DNA of 64,000 bases from Prorocentrum cordatum (taxonomy: Eukaryota). The position numbers were made by a program, and so were the translations under genes. The notes under the pieces are model-generated. The model saw only the letters and a list, made by a program, of their open reading frames with translations. It was not told the origin of the DNA and did not search any database. Location of the stretch: NCBI GenBank assembly GCA_963575745.1, contig CAUYUJ010000009.1, positions 1 through 64,000 of the forward strand, read 5' to 3'. Below, piece after piece: positions 52,236 through 64,000 of the stretch; within the stretch, counting starts at the first letter, position 1, and each line of letters starts with the position of its first letter.

Positions 52236-52349
52236 CCCTCGCGCGTCTGCGGAGAGGACGTCAGCGGCGAGCGTCCTGCCTCCGCCGCGGGGCGCCTTGT
52301 TCGCATGGTTTCTTAAACAGTTGGTTGCGAAACTGTCCCGCCGAAAGGG

Positions 52350-52725
52350 ATGGGCGCGCAGCGCAGAAAGGCCAGCATCGAAACGCAACGCGCGACGAAG
52401 TGCACCCCAGAGCGGCTGCGCAGAACGACCTGCGCGGCGCAGAAGTGGGCGCGCAGCGCAGAAGGGCCAGCATCGAAACGCAACGCGCGACGAAGTGCAC
52501 CCCAGAGCGGCTGCGCAGAACGACCTGCGCAGCGCAACAGGTGTGCGACTGCCAGCCGGAGGAATACGAATGCATGCTGATTCACGCAGAACGGCCTAAG
52601 GAAACGAGCGCGCCAGGGGCGGCGGCGGAGGCGAGCGACTGCCAGCCGGAGGAATCAGCATGCATGCTGATTCACGCAGAACGGCCTGAGAAAACGAGCG
52701 CGCCAGGGGCGGCGGCGGAGGCGAG
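52350..52725. repeat. Two adjacent pairs of ~90-bp direct tandem duplications
   Basis: GGGCGCGCAGCGCAGAA...GACCTGCGC x2, then GCGACTGCCAGCCGGAGGAAT...GGCGGAGGCGAG x2. Confidence 0.85.
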
Positions 52726-54475
52726 GCAGGGAAGCCTGGCGCCGATCGAAGAATGCCGCGCGGAACTCCGAGAAACCATGTCTACGCAGTGTTTCTTGAT
52801 GTTCGATGGCTGTGCTCCTCGCTCTGGATGCGCACCCCCAGTATAAGGATCATGGAGGGAGGGGGCGCTCTCAGAGGCCCTTCGGATGCAACTCCTGGGA
52901 GGTCTTCGTCAGAACGAGTAAGGGCAAGCCAAGGCCGGCCCAAGCTGGATCGATCCCGGGACTAAGCCGGATCAAGCGGGATAAATCCGGATGCAAGCCA
53001 GACTGGGCAAGTTTCCGACCAGGGATAAAACCAAAACTCATAGCAAGGATGCGCCATGAGGATGCAAGACCCTTGGATGCCTCTTCGAGCGCGGCGGGCC
53101 ATCGAAAGCAGTCAAGGATGGACCGAGGAGGCACAGATGCCAGGGTACCCTTGGGAAGGTTGCCCATCCTTGCCGTACGCTTCGACTGTAGACCGGCGCC
53201 GATTCAGAAGTCGGCCTCCCACGGGTTCCGGGTGTTGCTAGAAGTGCCCCTGGCCCAAGGCACCCTCAGCTTTTCGCTCGATTCTGAAGCCCCTGGGGCC
53301 CTCTGAGCCTCGTGAGGGGTGCTCTGGAGGCCGTAGGGGCCTCTTTCGAGATCCTGGGGGCACCTTGGGCCAAGGGCACTTCTGGCAATACCCGAGGGTT
53401 GCACCCCTCAGCAGCCCCCTGGCACTGCCCCCGCCCGCGCGCCGCCGGCCCTGGCTGGAACCCTCGGCTCTCCGGCGACGCCCCGCCGCAGCGCGGTCAG
53501 CTCACCGACACGACGCTGCACCGCTCGGCGCCCAGGCAGCTCGCGGCGGAGCCAGGCGAGCCCGCGCACGTGCTCGAGCCGATCGACACCTGCGGCGGCA
53601 GGAAAGGAGCGGGTCTGACGCGAGATGGCCTGGCGACCCTACGCGGTGGCGCACGCGGAACGCCAGCGCGGCACGCTGCACTGGAAGCGAGGTCGCCAGC
53701 GCGTCACCTTGCACGGGGCGCTTGGGCGCCAGTGTCGGCGAAGTGGGCCCTGTTTCTCTGCGTCGATCACCTTCGGCGACGAGCTCGTAGAGGCGTCGCC
53801 GTGGAGTGCACCCGTGCTGGCGTGAACGAAGCCAGGCGGCGGCCTCTGGGGGCCAGAGATCGTGCGGTGGCGGACCGTGTGGTGACCCCGAGCTCCCGAA
53901 AGACCTCACCGCGCGGTCCGTCACCGCACGGCTGGGGACTTCGGAGGTCCCAGCCGCCCGAGAAGTCCTCGGAAAACGACCCAAGTCCCAAATGGTTGCG
54001 GTCACTACGAACCTGAGGGAGAACGATAGGGTGGGACCGGCTCAGGGAGAATTTCGATCTGAGATCGGCGACACGTCGCCTGTACATCGGCGATGGACCC
54101 CGATGGCGAAAATCCGGACGTTCCAGGGCGGGGCGGGCTTTCGGGCTCCCATCAGCGAGCAGTGAGCGATCGGGGGTCGATAATGCATCCCCCCCTGAGC
54201 CTATCGCCCCCCCTAACTAGAAGAAGAAAAAACGGCATAAACATCGACTGTTGGCGCTCTGCGAGGAGCGCCAGAAGTTTATGTTTATGCCGTTTTCCCT
54301 CTTCGACTATCGCAGCTCCTGGCTCGGCGGTGGACAAACCTCCCTGCAGCAAACCTCCCTGGAGCGAAAACGGCCGGGACCGAAACCGACGGACATGGAC
54401 CCGCAAGAATGACGGCCGCGACGCCCTCTCGCGAACCGAACGGCCGATTCGCTAACCGACGTGTCAGAGGAGGTC

Positions 54476-55065
<590 letters not shown>

Positions 55066-56419
55066 TTCTGTTACGACGTATAACAATACGAATACGACTA
55101 ACCTCCGACTGGCTTCCGGGCGACGCAGCTCGGCTCCCTGGCGACTGTCGGCGGCGATGCGGGCACCCCCTTGGAGCACCGCTCTCGGCGAGGCGCCTCC
55201 GCTGGGAGGCATCGCGAGCCTGGACAAACCGCAGCCTTCAGTCCTCCTCCTCCTCCTCCTCCTCCTCCTTCTTCTTATTATTATTAGTACTAGGATTACT
55301 ATTATCAGTCGTATTCTTCTTAGTGTTACTATTACTATTATTATTAGTAGTATGATTATGTATCGTCTTATTATTATTATTAGTATTCGTATTCTTCTTA
55401 TTAGTCTTAATAGTATTCCTACTGCTCTTGTTATTAGTATTATGAATTAAGAATATTCACAGTATTGTTCTTAGTATTCTTATTCGTAATACTAGTCGTA
55501 TTAGTATGTCTCTTATTTTTTATGGTTTTGATGCTTCTTCTTATTAAAACTATTATTAGTATCATTGTTATTAGTATTATGTGTATTGTTCGTATGTGTC
55601 TTCTTCTGAGTATTAATAGTGTGATGATTAGTATTATTATGCTTCGTACTAGTCTTAATAGTATTATTGGTGTTATTCTTAGTAGTATCATTGTTATTGT
55701 TATGATTCGTCTTCGTCTTAGTATCATTATTATTATTCACCTTCTTAGTCTTGGTATTAGTATTATTAGTGTTCGCCTTTGTCTTCTGGTTATTAGTAGT
55801 CGTCTTCTTATTGTTAGTATGCGTCTGCTTCTGCGTATGCTTATTATTCGTCTTATTCCTCCTCCTCCTCCGCCTCCTCCTCCTCCGCCTCCTCCACGTC
55901 CTCCTCCTCCTCATCATCACATCCTCCTCCTCCTCCTCCTCCTCCTCCTCATCCTCCTCCTCCTCCTCCTCCTCCTCCTCCTCCTCCTCCTCCTCCCTCC
56001 TCCTCTTCCTCCCTCACCTCCTCCTCCTCCTCCTCCTCCTCCTCCTCCTCCTCCTCCTCCTCCTCCCAACGTTGTCCCTGAGAATCCCTACAGTAGGAGC
56101 TCGACCACACGGAACCTTCCACGAGAAGCCCAAGCCTGAGACCACAGGACGTCCACACTGCTTCTGGTGAAGCTACGTCACGCCTTCCATCGCAAAACCA
56201 TCGAAACCGAAGAAACCCAGGGCACCCTGGAGGCAAGCGGGGTTTCCCTTTGCACGGGCCTCCTCTGTACTGCTGTGGATGCCATGACAATGGACTCCCT
56301 AACAATCCTATCACTGAAGTAAAGGTGTGCTTAAAATGTTTGAAACATTATCCCGGCGAAGGGCCCAACCATGTGCAGCTGTGTGTAACGCAGGTGTGGG
56401 TATCGTCCTCGGTGAACCT

Positions 56420-57935
56420 CCCTCTGAGACCACGACGCGTGTGACGGGTGTGCCAACATTGACACGGGTACGCCATGCGGACGCTGCCACAGGAGCCGTC
56501 GGTGCAGCCCCATCTGAGGCCACGAAACGCGTGAGGGCTGCGCCGAAATGCAGGGTGGAACCACGTGCGGGCGCTGCCACCAGGGCCTTTGGTGGCCGCG
56601 AAACGTGGAAGGGGCGCGCCGAAATGGAGGGGGAACTGCATGCGGAACCTGCCACTGGGGCCCTAAGTGGAACACTCCATGGGGCCACGAAACGTGTGAG
56701 GGGTGCGCCGACATGGAGGGGGAGCTGCATGCGGACTTGCCACGGGGGCCTTGAATGGAGCACCCTATGGGGTAACGAAACGTGTGAGGGTGCGCCGAAA
56801 TGGAGGTGGACCTGCATGTGGACCCTGCCACTGGAGCCTACGGCGGAGCACCGTATGGGGCCACGAAACGTGTGAGGGGTGCACCGAAATGGGGATGGAA
56901 CTGCATGCGGGCCCTGCCACTGGGGCCTTCCGCGGAGCACCCTATGGGGCCACGAAACGTGTGAGAGGTGCGCCGAAATGGAGGTGGAACTGCATGCGGA
57001 CCTTGCCACTGGGGCATTCGGCGGAGCACCCTATGGGGCCACGAAACGTGTGAGGGGTGCGCCGAAATGGGGATGGAACTGCATGCGGGCCCTGCCACTG
57101 GGGTCATCGGCGGAACACAACATGGGGCCACAAAACGTGTGAAGGTGCGCCGACATGGGAGTGGAATTGCATGCGGACCCTGCCACTGGGGCCTTCGGCG
57201 GAGCACCCTATGGGGCCACGAAACGTGTGAGGGATGCGCCGAGATGGGGGTGGAACTGCATGCGGACCCTGTCACGAGGGCCTTCGACGGAGCACCCTAT
57301 GGAGCCACGAAACGTGTGAGGGGTGCGCCGAAATGGGGGTGGAACTGCATGCGGACCCTGCCACTGGGGCCTTCGGCGGAGCACCCTATGGAGCCACGAA
57401 ACGTGTGAGGGGTGTGCCGAAATGGAAGTGGAACTGCATGCGGGCCCTGCCACTGGGGCCTTGGCGGAGCACCCTATGGGGCCACGAAACGTGTGAGGGG
57501 TGCGCCGAAATGGGAGTGGAACTGCATGCGGACCCTGCCACTGGGGCCTTCGGCGGAGCACCCTATGGGGCCACGAAACGTGTGAGGGGTGCGCCGAAAT
57601 GGGGGGAACTGCATGCGGACCCTGCCACTGGGGCCTTGGTGGAGCACCCTATGGGGCCACGAAACGTGTGAGGAGTGCGCCGAAATGGAGGTGGAACTGC
57701 ATGCGGACCCTGCCACTGGGGCCTTGGGTGGAGCACCCTATGGGGCCACGAAACGTGTGAGGGGTGCGCCGACATGGGGGTGGAACTGCATGCGGACCCT
57801 GCCACTGGGGTCTTGGGTGGAGCACCCTATGGGGCCACGAAACGTGTGAGAGGTGCGCCGAAATGGAGGTGGAACTGCATGCGGACCCTGCCACTGGGGC
57901 CTTTGCTGGAGCTCCCTATGGAGCCACGAAACGCT
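56420..57935 (+). repeat. ~89-bp tandem array, about 17 copies
   Basis: GGGGCCACGAAACGTGTGAGGGGTGCGCCGAAATGG...GCATGCGGACCCTGCCACTGGGGCC...GGAGCACCCTAT recurs every 86-89 nt. Confidence 0.95.
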
Positions 57936-58381
57936 GTAATGGGTGGGTGAAACGCAAGGAGGAGGGAGGAGAGGGAGGAGGAGGGAGGAGAGGGAGGGGG
58001 GAGGGGGCAGCGGGAGGCGGGAACGCGGGGCGCTGTCTCTTCAAAACGAGGACCCAACACCACAGGATGGTTGGGAATAACCTCAAAATGTTTAGATCAT
58101 GTCTCTTACATGCTGAAGACATGGTTTAAACTTGTGTTGGGCATCTGGACACTATTTGGCTACATGCTGCCTCTCCACTGATCGTCGTCCACAACTGCAC
58201 CGACTCACCCCGCGGTGTGGCCACCGCACCGTTTGGAGGCGGGGCGTCCCAGGCCTGCCCGCGGTGCGGCCGACGTTGCCGGCGCAGCCAGCGCAGGCCA
58301 CGCTGCCGAAGCCGCCGGCGATGCTGCCGCCGACGAGCCTGCTCGCCAGCGACTGCGTGATCCGCGGCGTGCCATCCTGGA

Positions 58382-58535
58382 GGGGGCCACACGCGAACCC
58401 TGCCCCCATGCCCCCCACGATTTCTGAGGGGGAGGGTGGGGGTCACTTCGTCCGGGAGCTCCCGAGCGAAGTGAACCCCACCGTCCCCCTCAGAAATCGT
58501 GGGGAGCATGGGGGTAGGGCTCGCGTGCGGCCCCC
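58382..58535. repeat. 154-bp loopless imperfect palindrome
   Basis: Two 77-nt arms centred on GGGAG|CTCCC with about 8 mismatches and no gaps. Confidence 0.9.
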
Positions 58536-59079
58536 CACTCCTGCGCAAACGTCCACCGGGTGTCCACCGAGAGGCGGAGGCCACGGCGGCTCGCGAGGCC
58601 TCCGACGCGCCCGCTCGCCGCCGGCCGCGCGGTCTGCGGAGGGCCACGCTTCGGCACCGCCCACCGGGCGTCGTCCGAGGTCTGAGGGCCACGGCGGCCC
58701 GCGAGGGCGCGACTCGCCGCGCGCTCGCGCCGCTCGGGCGGCGGGCCGGGCCTCCGCTCGGGGCGCGCCTCCGCCGCGGCCGGGTGGACCTTCCGCGTGG
58801 CCCGCGGCTGGCGCCGCGGCGGGTCCCGCTTGCGCACTCCTGCGGCCTGGCTCGTGCCCGTGTGGGCCGAGCGTCTGCTCTGCACCGCTCTCCTGAGCCG
58901 CTGGACGAGGAGCCCGAGCTCCTGGGCATAGGCCGGCATGGTGGCACTCGTCCGGGCGATCCCTGGGCCGATCCGGCTGCGGAGAGGGGAGGGGGGGGAG
59001 ACAAGGGGGCTGGGCCAGAGCTTGAAGACCCCGCTGTTTCCAACGGGTGGGGTACAGTGCACCAACATGACCCAAGCCA

Positions 59080-59350
59080 CCATGCGGACCCTGCCACGGG
59101 GGCCTGCGGTGGAGCTCCTGCTGGGAAACCGACACGCGTGAAGGCTGTTTAGAGATGGACCCGAGTCCGCATTCGGGCCCTGCCAATGGGGCTGCCAGTA
59201 GGGCGTTCGGTGGAGCTCCCAATGGTACCACGAAACATTGGAGGGGTGTGCCAGAATGAACCCGAGTCCGCATGCGGATCCTGCCACTGGGGGGGGCCTG
59301 CGGTGTAGCTCCTTTGGGGGCTTCGAAACGTGTAAGGCGTGTGGCGAAAC
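59080..59350 (+). repeat. Diverged copies of the 89-bp repeat
   Basis: CATGCGGACCCTGCCAC, GGTACCACGAAAC and related motifs at ~89-nt spacing. Confidence 0.75.
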
Positions 59351-59667
59351 TGTGATATGAATCATGATGGCGGTCAGGAGCACGAAGGCGATGATGCTGA
59401 CGACGATGAGGATGATACTGATGACAAGGATGGGGATGACGAAGGAGAACAGGGGGAGGAGGAGGAGGAGGAGGAGGAGGAGGAGGAGGAGGAGGAGGAG
59501 GGAGGAGGAGGAGAGGAGGAGGAAGGGGAGGGAAGGGAGGGGGAGGGGAGGGGGGAGGAGGAGGAGGGGGGAGGAGGGGGGGGGGAGGGGGAGGAGGGGG
59601 AGGAGGGGGGAGGAGGAAAAGAAGAGAGGAGGTGGAGGAGGAGGAGGAGGAGGAGGAAGAGGAGGAG

Positions 59668-59702
<35 letters not shown>

Positions 59703-59978
59703 AGTGAGGCGCGGCGCTGAGGATTGGAAACGAGGACCCGACACGCAGGAGGGTCGGAAACAAACAGAACAAGCATGATGGGGGGTATCTGGGAGCCAGC
59801 GTCTGGCCCCTGGGACCGCTCACGATCTGGGATGGAGGCTATTGGCCCTGAGAAAGGGCCAAGGGTCCCGGGGGCCCAACCAGCAACGACGACGACGACG
59901 AAGACGACGACGACGAGGCTGACGACGACGACGACGACGACGACGACGAGGCTGACGACGACGACGACGCCGATTCCA

Positions 59979-60035
<57 letters not shown>

Positions 60036-60449
60036 ACGACGACGACGACGACGACGACGAACGCCAATCAATCATCGGGCTTCCCCCGCTTCACCCCGCG
60101 CCCTCTTGCGAGTGTCTCCCCCCCAAGTACTGCTCCAGCGCTGCTCCCCCCCCGCCCACTGGCGGCGCTGGCCGCCAGGGGCCGGCATCGAGGCACAGAG
60201 GCACCGAGGCATCGAGGCATCGAGGCATCGAGGACGAAGCGGAGGTGAGGGGGGCGAAGGCGTCGAGGCTCCGAGGAGGGGCATCGAGGAGTCGTGGCAT
60301 GTGCAGGGGCACCGCGGCGGGGAGGCGCACAGCACTGCCCGCGGCGTCGGGGCAGGCAGCGAGGGCCGCGCCAGGAGGCCCGTGGGCCGCCCCGCCCGAC
60401 GAGGCGGCCATCGCCCCGAGGGACACGCGCACGGCGCCGCGGGGCGCGC

Positions 60450-60491
60450 CAGGAGGTGGAGCTCGTAGCGCAGGCTCAGCAGCGTCCAGTC
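60450..60491 (-). CDS. Micro-exon 2 of host gene; peptide DWTLLSLRYELHLL
   Basis: CAG acceptor, 42 nt, GC-ending codons, GC donor (CTG|GCGCG). From recall, resembles the EDW.LLSLR.ELHLL motif in the C-terminal part of dinoflagellate proteins annotated hnRNP U-like; not verified by search. Confidence 0.88.
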
Positions 60492-61029
60492 CTGGCGGGG
60501 GGGCTGCACAAGCCCCAGCGTCCTCGCGCCTGGGGGGCTGGCCGCACCAGGATCGCATCGGCGGGTCGAACTCCAGACCGGCCCGAACATCGCACCGGAA
60601 AGGGTCTCGCCATCGTTCGGACGCCCATTCCCGGGGCGTTTTCCGATTTCGCGCGGCGCTTCTTCCGTCAGATGATCCCATATGCTCCTCGATGGCCCTC
60701 GCCGAGAAAAAATGCACACGCCCGAGCGATGCCAAGGACACACCAGGGTCGGCAGGGCAAAGTCGGACCGGATCGGAAGCCCGATCGCGTCGGGCCGGAT
60801 CGGAGTCGAGATTGGCAGGGGTCCCCCTCTCAGAGGGAGGCGGCCCTGACACCCTCGCGCTGCGGAAATAAAGCACGGCGGAGCTGTGGCAACAGCCCAC
60901 AAGCAACTCCGACGGCAGGCCCCCGAATGAGAGGATGGTCAGCTTGCCCGGGAAGATCCTCCTGCTACCTCCTCCTACCCCCTCGTTGTCCTCCTGCCTT
61001 ATCCTTTTGTTCCTACCTGTCTGCTCATC

Positions 61030-61566
61030 CTCTCTCCTCCTCCTCCTCCTCCTCCTCCTCCTCCTCCTCCTCCTCCTCCTCCTCCTCCTCCTCCTCCTCC
61101 TCCTCCTCCTCCTCCTCCTCCTCCCTCCTCCTCCACCACCTCCACCTCCACCTCCCCTCCACCTCCACCTCCACCTCCTCCTCCTCCTCCTCCTCCTCCC
61201 TCATCATCCTCCTCCCGCCTCCTCCTCCTCCTCCCTCCTCCTCCTCCTCTCCTCCTCCTCCTCCTCCTCCTCCTCTCTCATCATCATCATCATCATCATC
61301 ATCACATCATCATCATCGAGCATCATCATCAGCATCAGCATCGCATCAGTCATCAGCATCAGCATCATCAGCATCGCATCATCAGATCATCATCAGCATC
61401 ATCATCATCATCATCATCATCAGCATCAGCATCAGCATCATCATCATCCATCTTCATCATCATCATCATCATCAGCATCAGCATCAGCATCAGCATCAGC
61501 ATCATCATCAGCAGCATAAGCATCATCGTCATCATCATCAGCATCATAATCATCATCATCAGCATC

Positions 61567-61615
<49 letters not shown>

Positions 61616-61741
61616 GCAGCATCAGCATCATCATCGTCAGCATCATCAGCATCATCATCAGCATCATCATCATCACCATCACCATCATCATCATTCCTCA
61701 TCATTCCTCTCATTTCCTCGTCACCACCACCACCACCACCA

Positions 61742-61837
<96 letters not shown>

Positions 61838-62155
61838 TCACCACCACCACCATCATAATTGTCCTCCTCCTCCATCCTCCTCCGGTCTCCTGACTCCTTC
61901 TCCTGCCTCCTCCTCCTGACTCATCCTCCTGTCTCCTCCTCCTCCTCCTCCTGCTGCCACCTCCTCCTCCTGCTCCTCTCCTCCTCCTCCGCCTCCGCCT
62001 CCGCCTCCGCCTCCGCCTCCTCCTCCTGCCTCCTCCTGCCTCCTCCTGCCTCCTCCTCCTCCTCCTCCTCCTCCTCCTCCTCCTCCCTCCTCCTCCTCCT
62101 CCTCCTCCTCCTCCCTCCTCCTCCTCCTCCTCCTCCTCTTCCTCCTCCTCCTTCT
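61030..62155. repeat. (CCT)n-(CAT)n-(CCT)n compound microsatellite filling most of the first host intron
   Basis: Direct inspection. Confidence 0.93.
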
Positions 62156-62251
62156 TCCCATGCGTGGAGGCGAGAGGGAGGAGGATGAGGACACCGGATC
62201 CCAAAACAAACCCCCGTGACTGCATCGGAGTCGAGGGGCGGGAACAGGTTC

Positions 62252-62305
62252 CTCGTAGACAAAATTGCCGTACAGCGGCTTGCCGTTGCCAATGTCGTCA
62301 AGGTC
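62252..62305 (-). CDS. Micro-exon (first of 5 seen) of a giant-intron host gene; peptide DLDDIGNGKPLYGNFVYE
   Basis: CAG acceptor at 62308-62306, 54 nt, phase 0, followed by a GA donor (GAG|GAACC). Joins in frame to the exon at 60450-60491. Confidence 0.85.
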
Positions 62306-64000
62306 CTGAGGACTGGGCGGGACCGGGGGGATACGGATACGGATGTGGATGAGGATATGGATAATTACGGATACGGATACCCTTGCGCGGTGTGGCCCCG
62401 GCGGGGGCTGGGGAAGGCTGCGCAGCAGCGAGGAGGGGAGCGACCACCTCCTTGATCCATCCCCCCGTCCTCCTTCTGAGCCCACTATGAAACCACAGCG
62501 TTAAACCACCTTCTTGAAGTACCCCCTAAACCACATTCGTCACTGCAGCAGTGTAGTAAAAGTGTGCGAAATTATTTGTTGATGAAAAAAGGATGTGCGT
62601 CGCTTCTTGCTGTCTCTGTTTTGGGCTACGACGTTACCAGTCGTTGAAGTTCCCTGCGCTGCTGGTGGTTTCAGTGCTCCAATGGTGCCAGCGCTGTACA
62701 AACGCGAGCATGTTAGCAGCGGGTGAGACGCAGGCGCGCACCGATGTCCCATGCCACCGCGAGGCACTCCCCTCCAGTTGCAGGCACGCCTGCCAGCAGA
62801 CCGGTTGCGGTGCGAATGCCCCCCGTGAGCACCACGAGCGAGGCGAGCAGTGCGGCGAACGTCTTGAGGACCATCTTTGAGAGGGTGCCAGAGCCACGTG
62901 TGAATACGGAGTGAGCTTGATGCAGATGTGCTCTGGTCAGCACGACCTGAACCAGGATGCCTCACTGGATTGTTTTGACTGTCTGGGCGCCTCGGCTGGA
63001 TCAATCTTCGGGATGGGTCTCGACACGCAGCTACGCAGCAGGACGACCGAGTACGACACGCACGGATGATTATGTAGGTGGCGACATCCGGACCCTGCCC
63101 CCGCCAACCATCGACTCTCCTGAATAGATGAGAGGCGGGGTTACGATTCGGATTCCGCCACGTGTTCGACGCATTCCCAACCCTAACCCCTGCCGCCCAT
63201 CGAGCTGTCTCTGGATCGCTCCTCGGCGAGGGTAGGGCTCGGATGTCACCGCCGATAATGTGGCCGATTCCGGAAACCCTGAGACCAAATGTGCCATTAT
63301 GTATTTCAAAACCCGTTGCGATCTGGAAAGGAATTGCGTCTACCTTCCGAGGGTGTGCTGGAGCTCCATAGTGTGCGAATCGTCGGTGAGGGCCGAACGT
63401 CAAATCCACTATTAAATCTGCATCGCGAACCATAGGCCTGTTCATTTCGTGGCGAACGATAGGATCCCGAAAGCGTGTTCATCTCTCGGGGGCGCATCCT
63501 TTACTCCAGCGCCCCTCCCGCCGCGCCTCCGCCGGCGGAGCCGCCGCCATCCTGCTTCCGCCGCCTTCCGCCGCCCCTCCCGCCGCCCTTCCGCCGAGGA
63601 GGAGACCGCGACGCCTCCGACCCTCGCGGAAGCAGGGCCCTGTCTGGAACGCCCCCGTGTGACTTCGGGTGCGAGGGCCTGGAAGTCTCCTTCAAAGATG
63701 CGTCACGCATGGACTCGTCACACGAGCTCGCGCGCTTGCGACGGAACCGAGAGACAGCAGCAGCGCCGAGCGGGCGGCCCCCGGGTTGCAAGGAGGCGGG
63801 GGCGTCCTCACCAGACGAACAGCACACTGCTTGAGTTTGGAGCACTCACTTGAACGTCTAGCTATATTTCGGCGGCGAGCGAGGGGGGGAAGCGAGAAGG
63901 AGAAGGCCATCCGAGAAGGCAGCGGGCCTTCTCAGAAGCCCTCGCGCCTTCTGAGAAACTTTCCGAGCCTTCGGGGAAGGCCTGGGAAACTCCGCAGAAG

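Noticed and set aside
53981..54002. Possible SL relic on the minus strand (ACCGCAACCATTTGGGACTTGG)
   Set aside because: Only about 14/22 identity, the 3' CTCAAG is lost, and no convincing downstream CDS.
56420..57935. CRISPR array or repeat-protein CDS
   Set aside because: No spacers; the 89-nt unit is not a multiple of 3 and the ORFs rotate frames.

Overview
Eukaryotic, GC-rich, microsatellite-saturated DNA that reads as a dinoflagellate nuclear genome (inferred from a 22-nt DinoSL spliced-leader copy and GA/GC/GT splice donors; a Prorocentrum-like genome is plausible but unproven). Most long ORFs in the track are artefacts of (CAT)n/(CCT)n/(CTA)n/(CATA)n repeats. The window is almost entirely intronic. 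Five micro-exons on the minus strand (62252-62305, 60450-60491, 42273-42316, 41201-41249, 5077-5136) splice in frame into one coherent 83-aa peptide across introns of 1.8, 18.1, 1.0 and 36.1 kb. The 36-kb intron holds (i) a full-length but decayed LINE (ORF1 zinc finger/coiled coil, AP endonuclease, RT, RNase H, Cys/His tail) whose 5' end is exactly a spliced-leader sequence, (ii) a 5'-truncated second LINE with RNase H, and (iii) an antisense nested, intron-containing gene preceded by a decayed SL relic. The rest is MITE-like elements, palindromes and tandem arrays (22, 73, 89 bp and others). No rRNA, tRNA or CRISPR array is supported.
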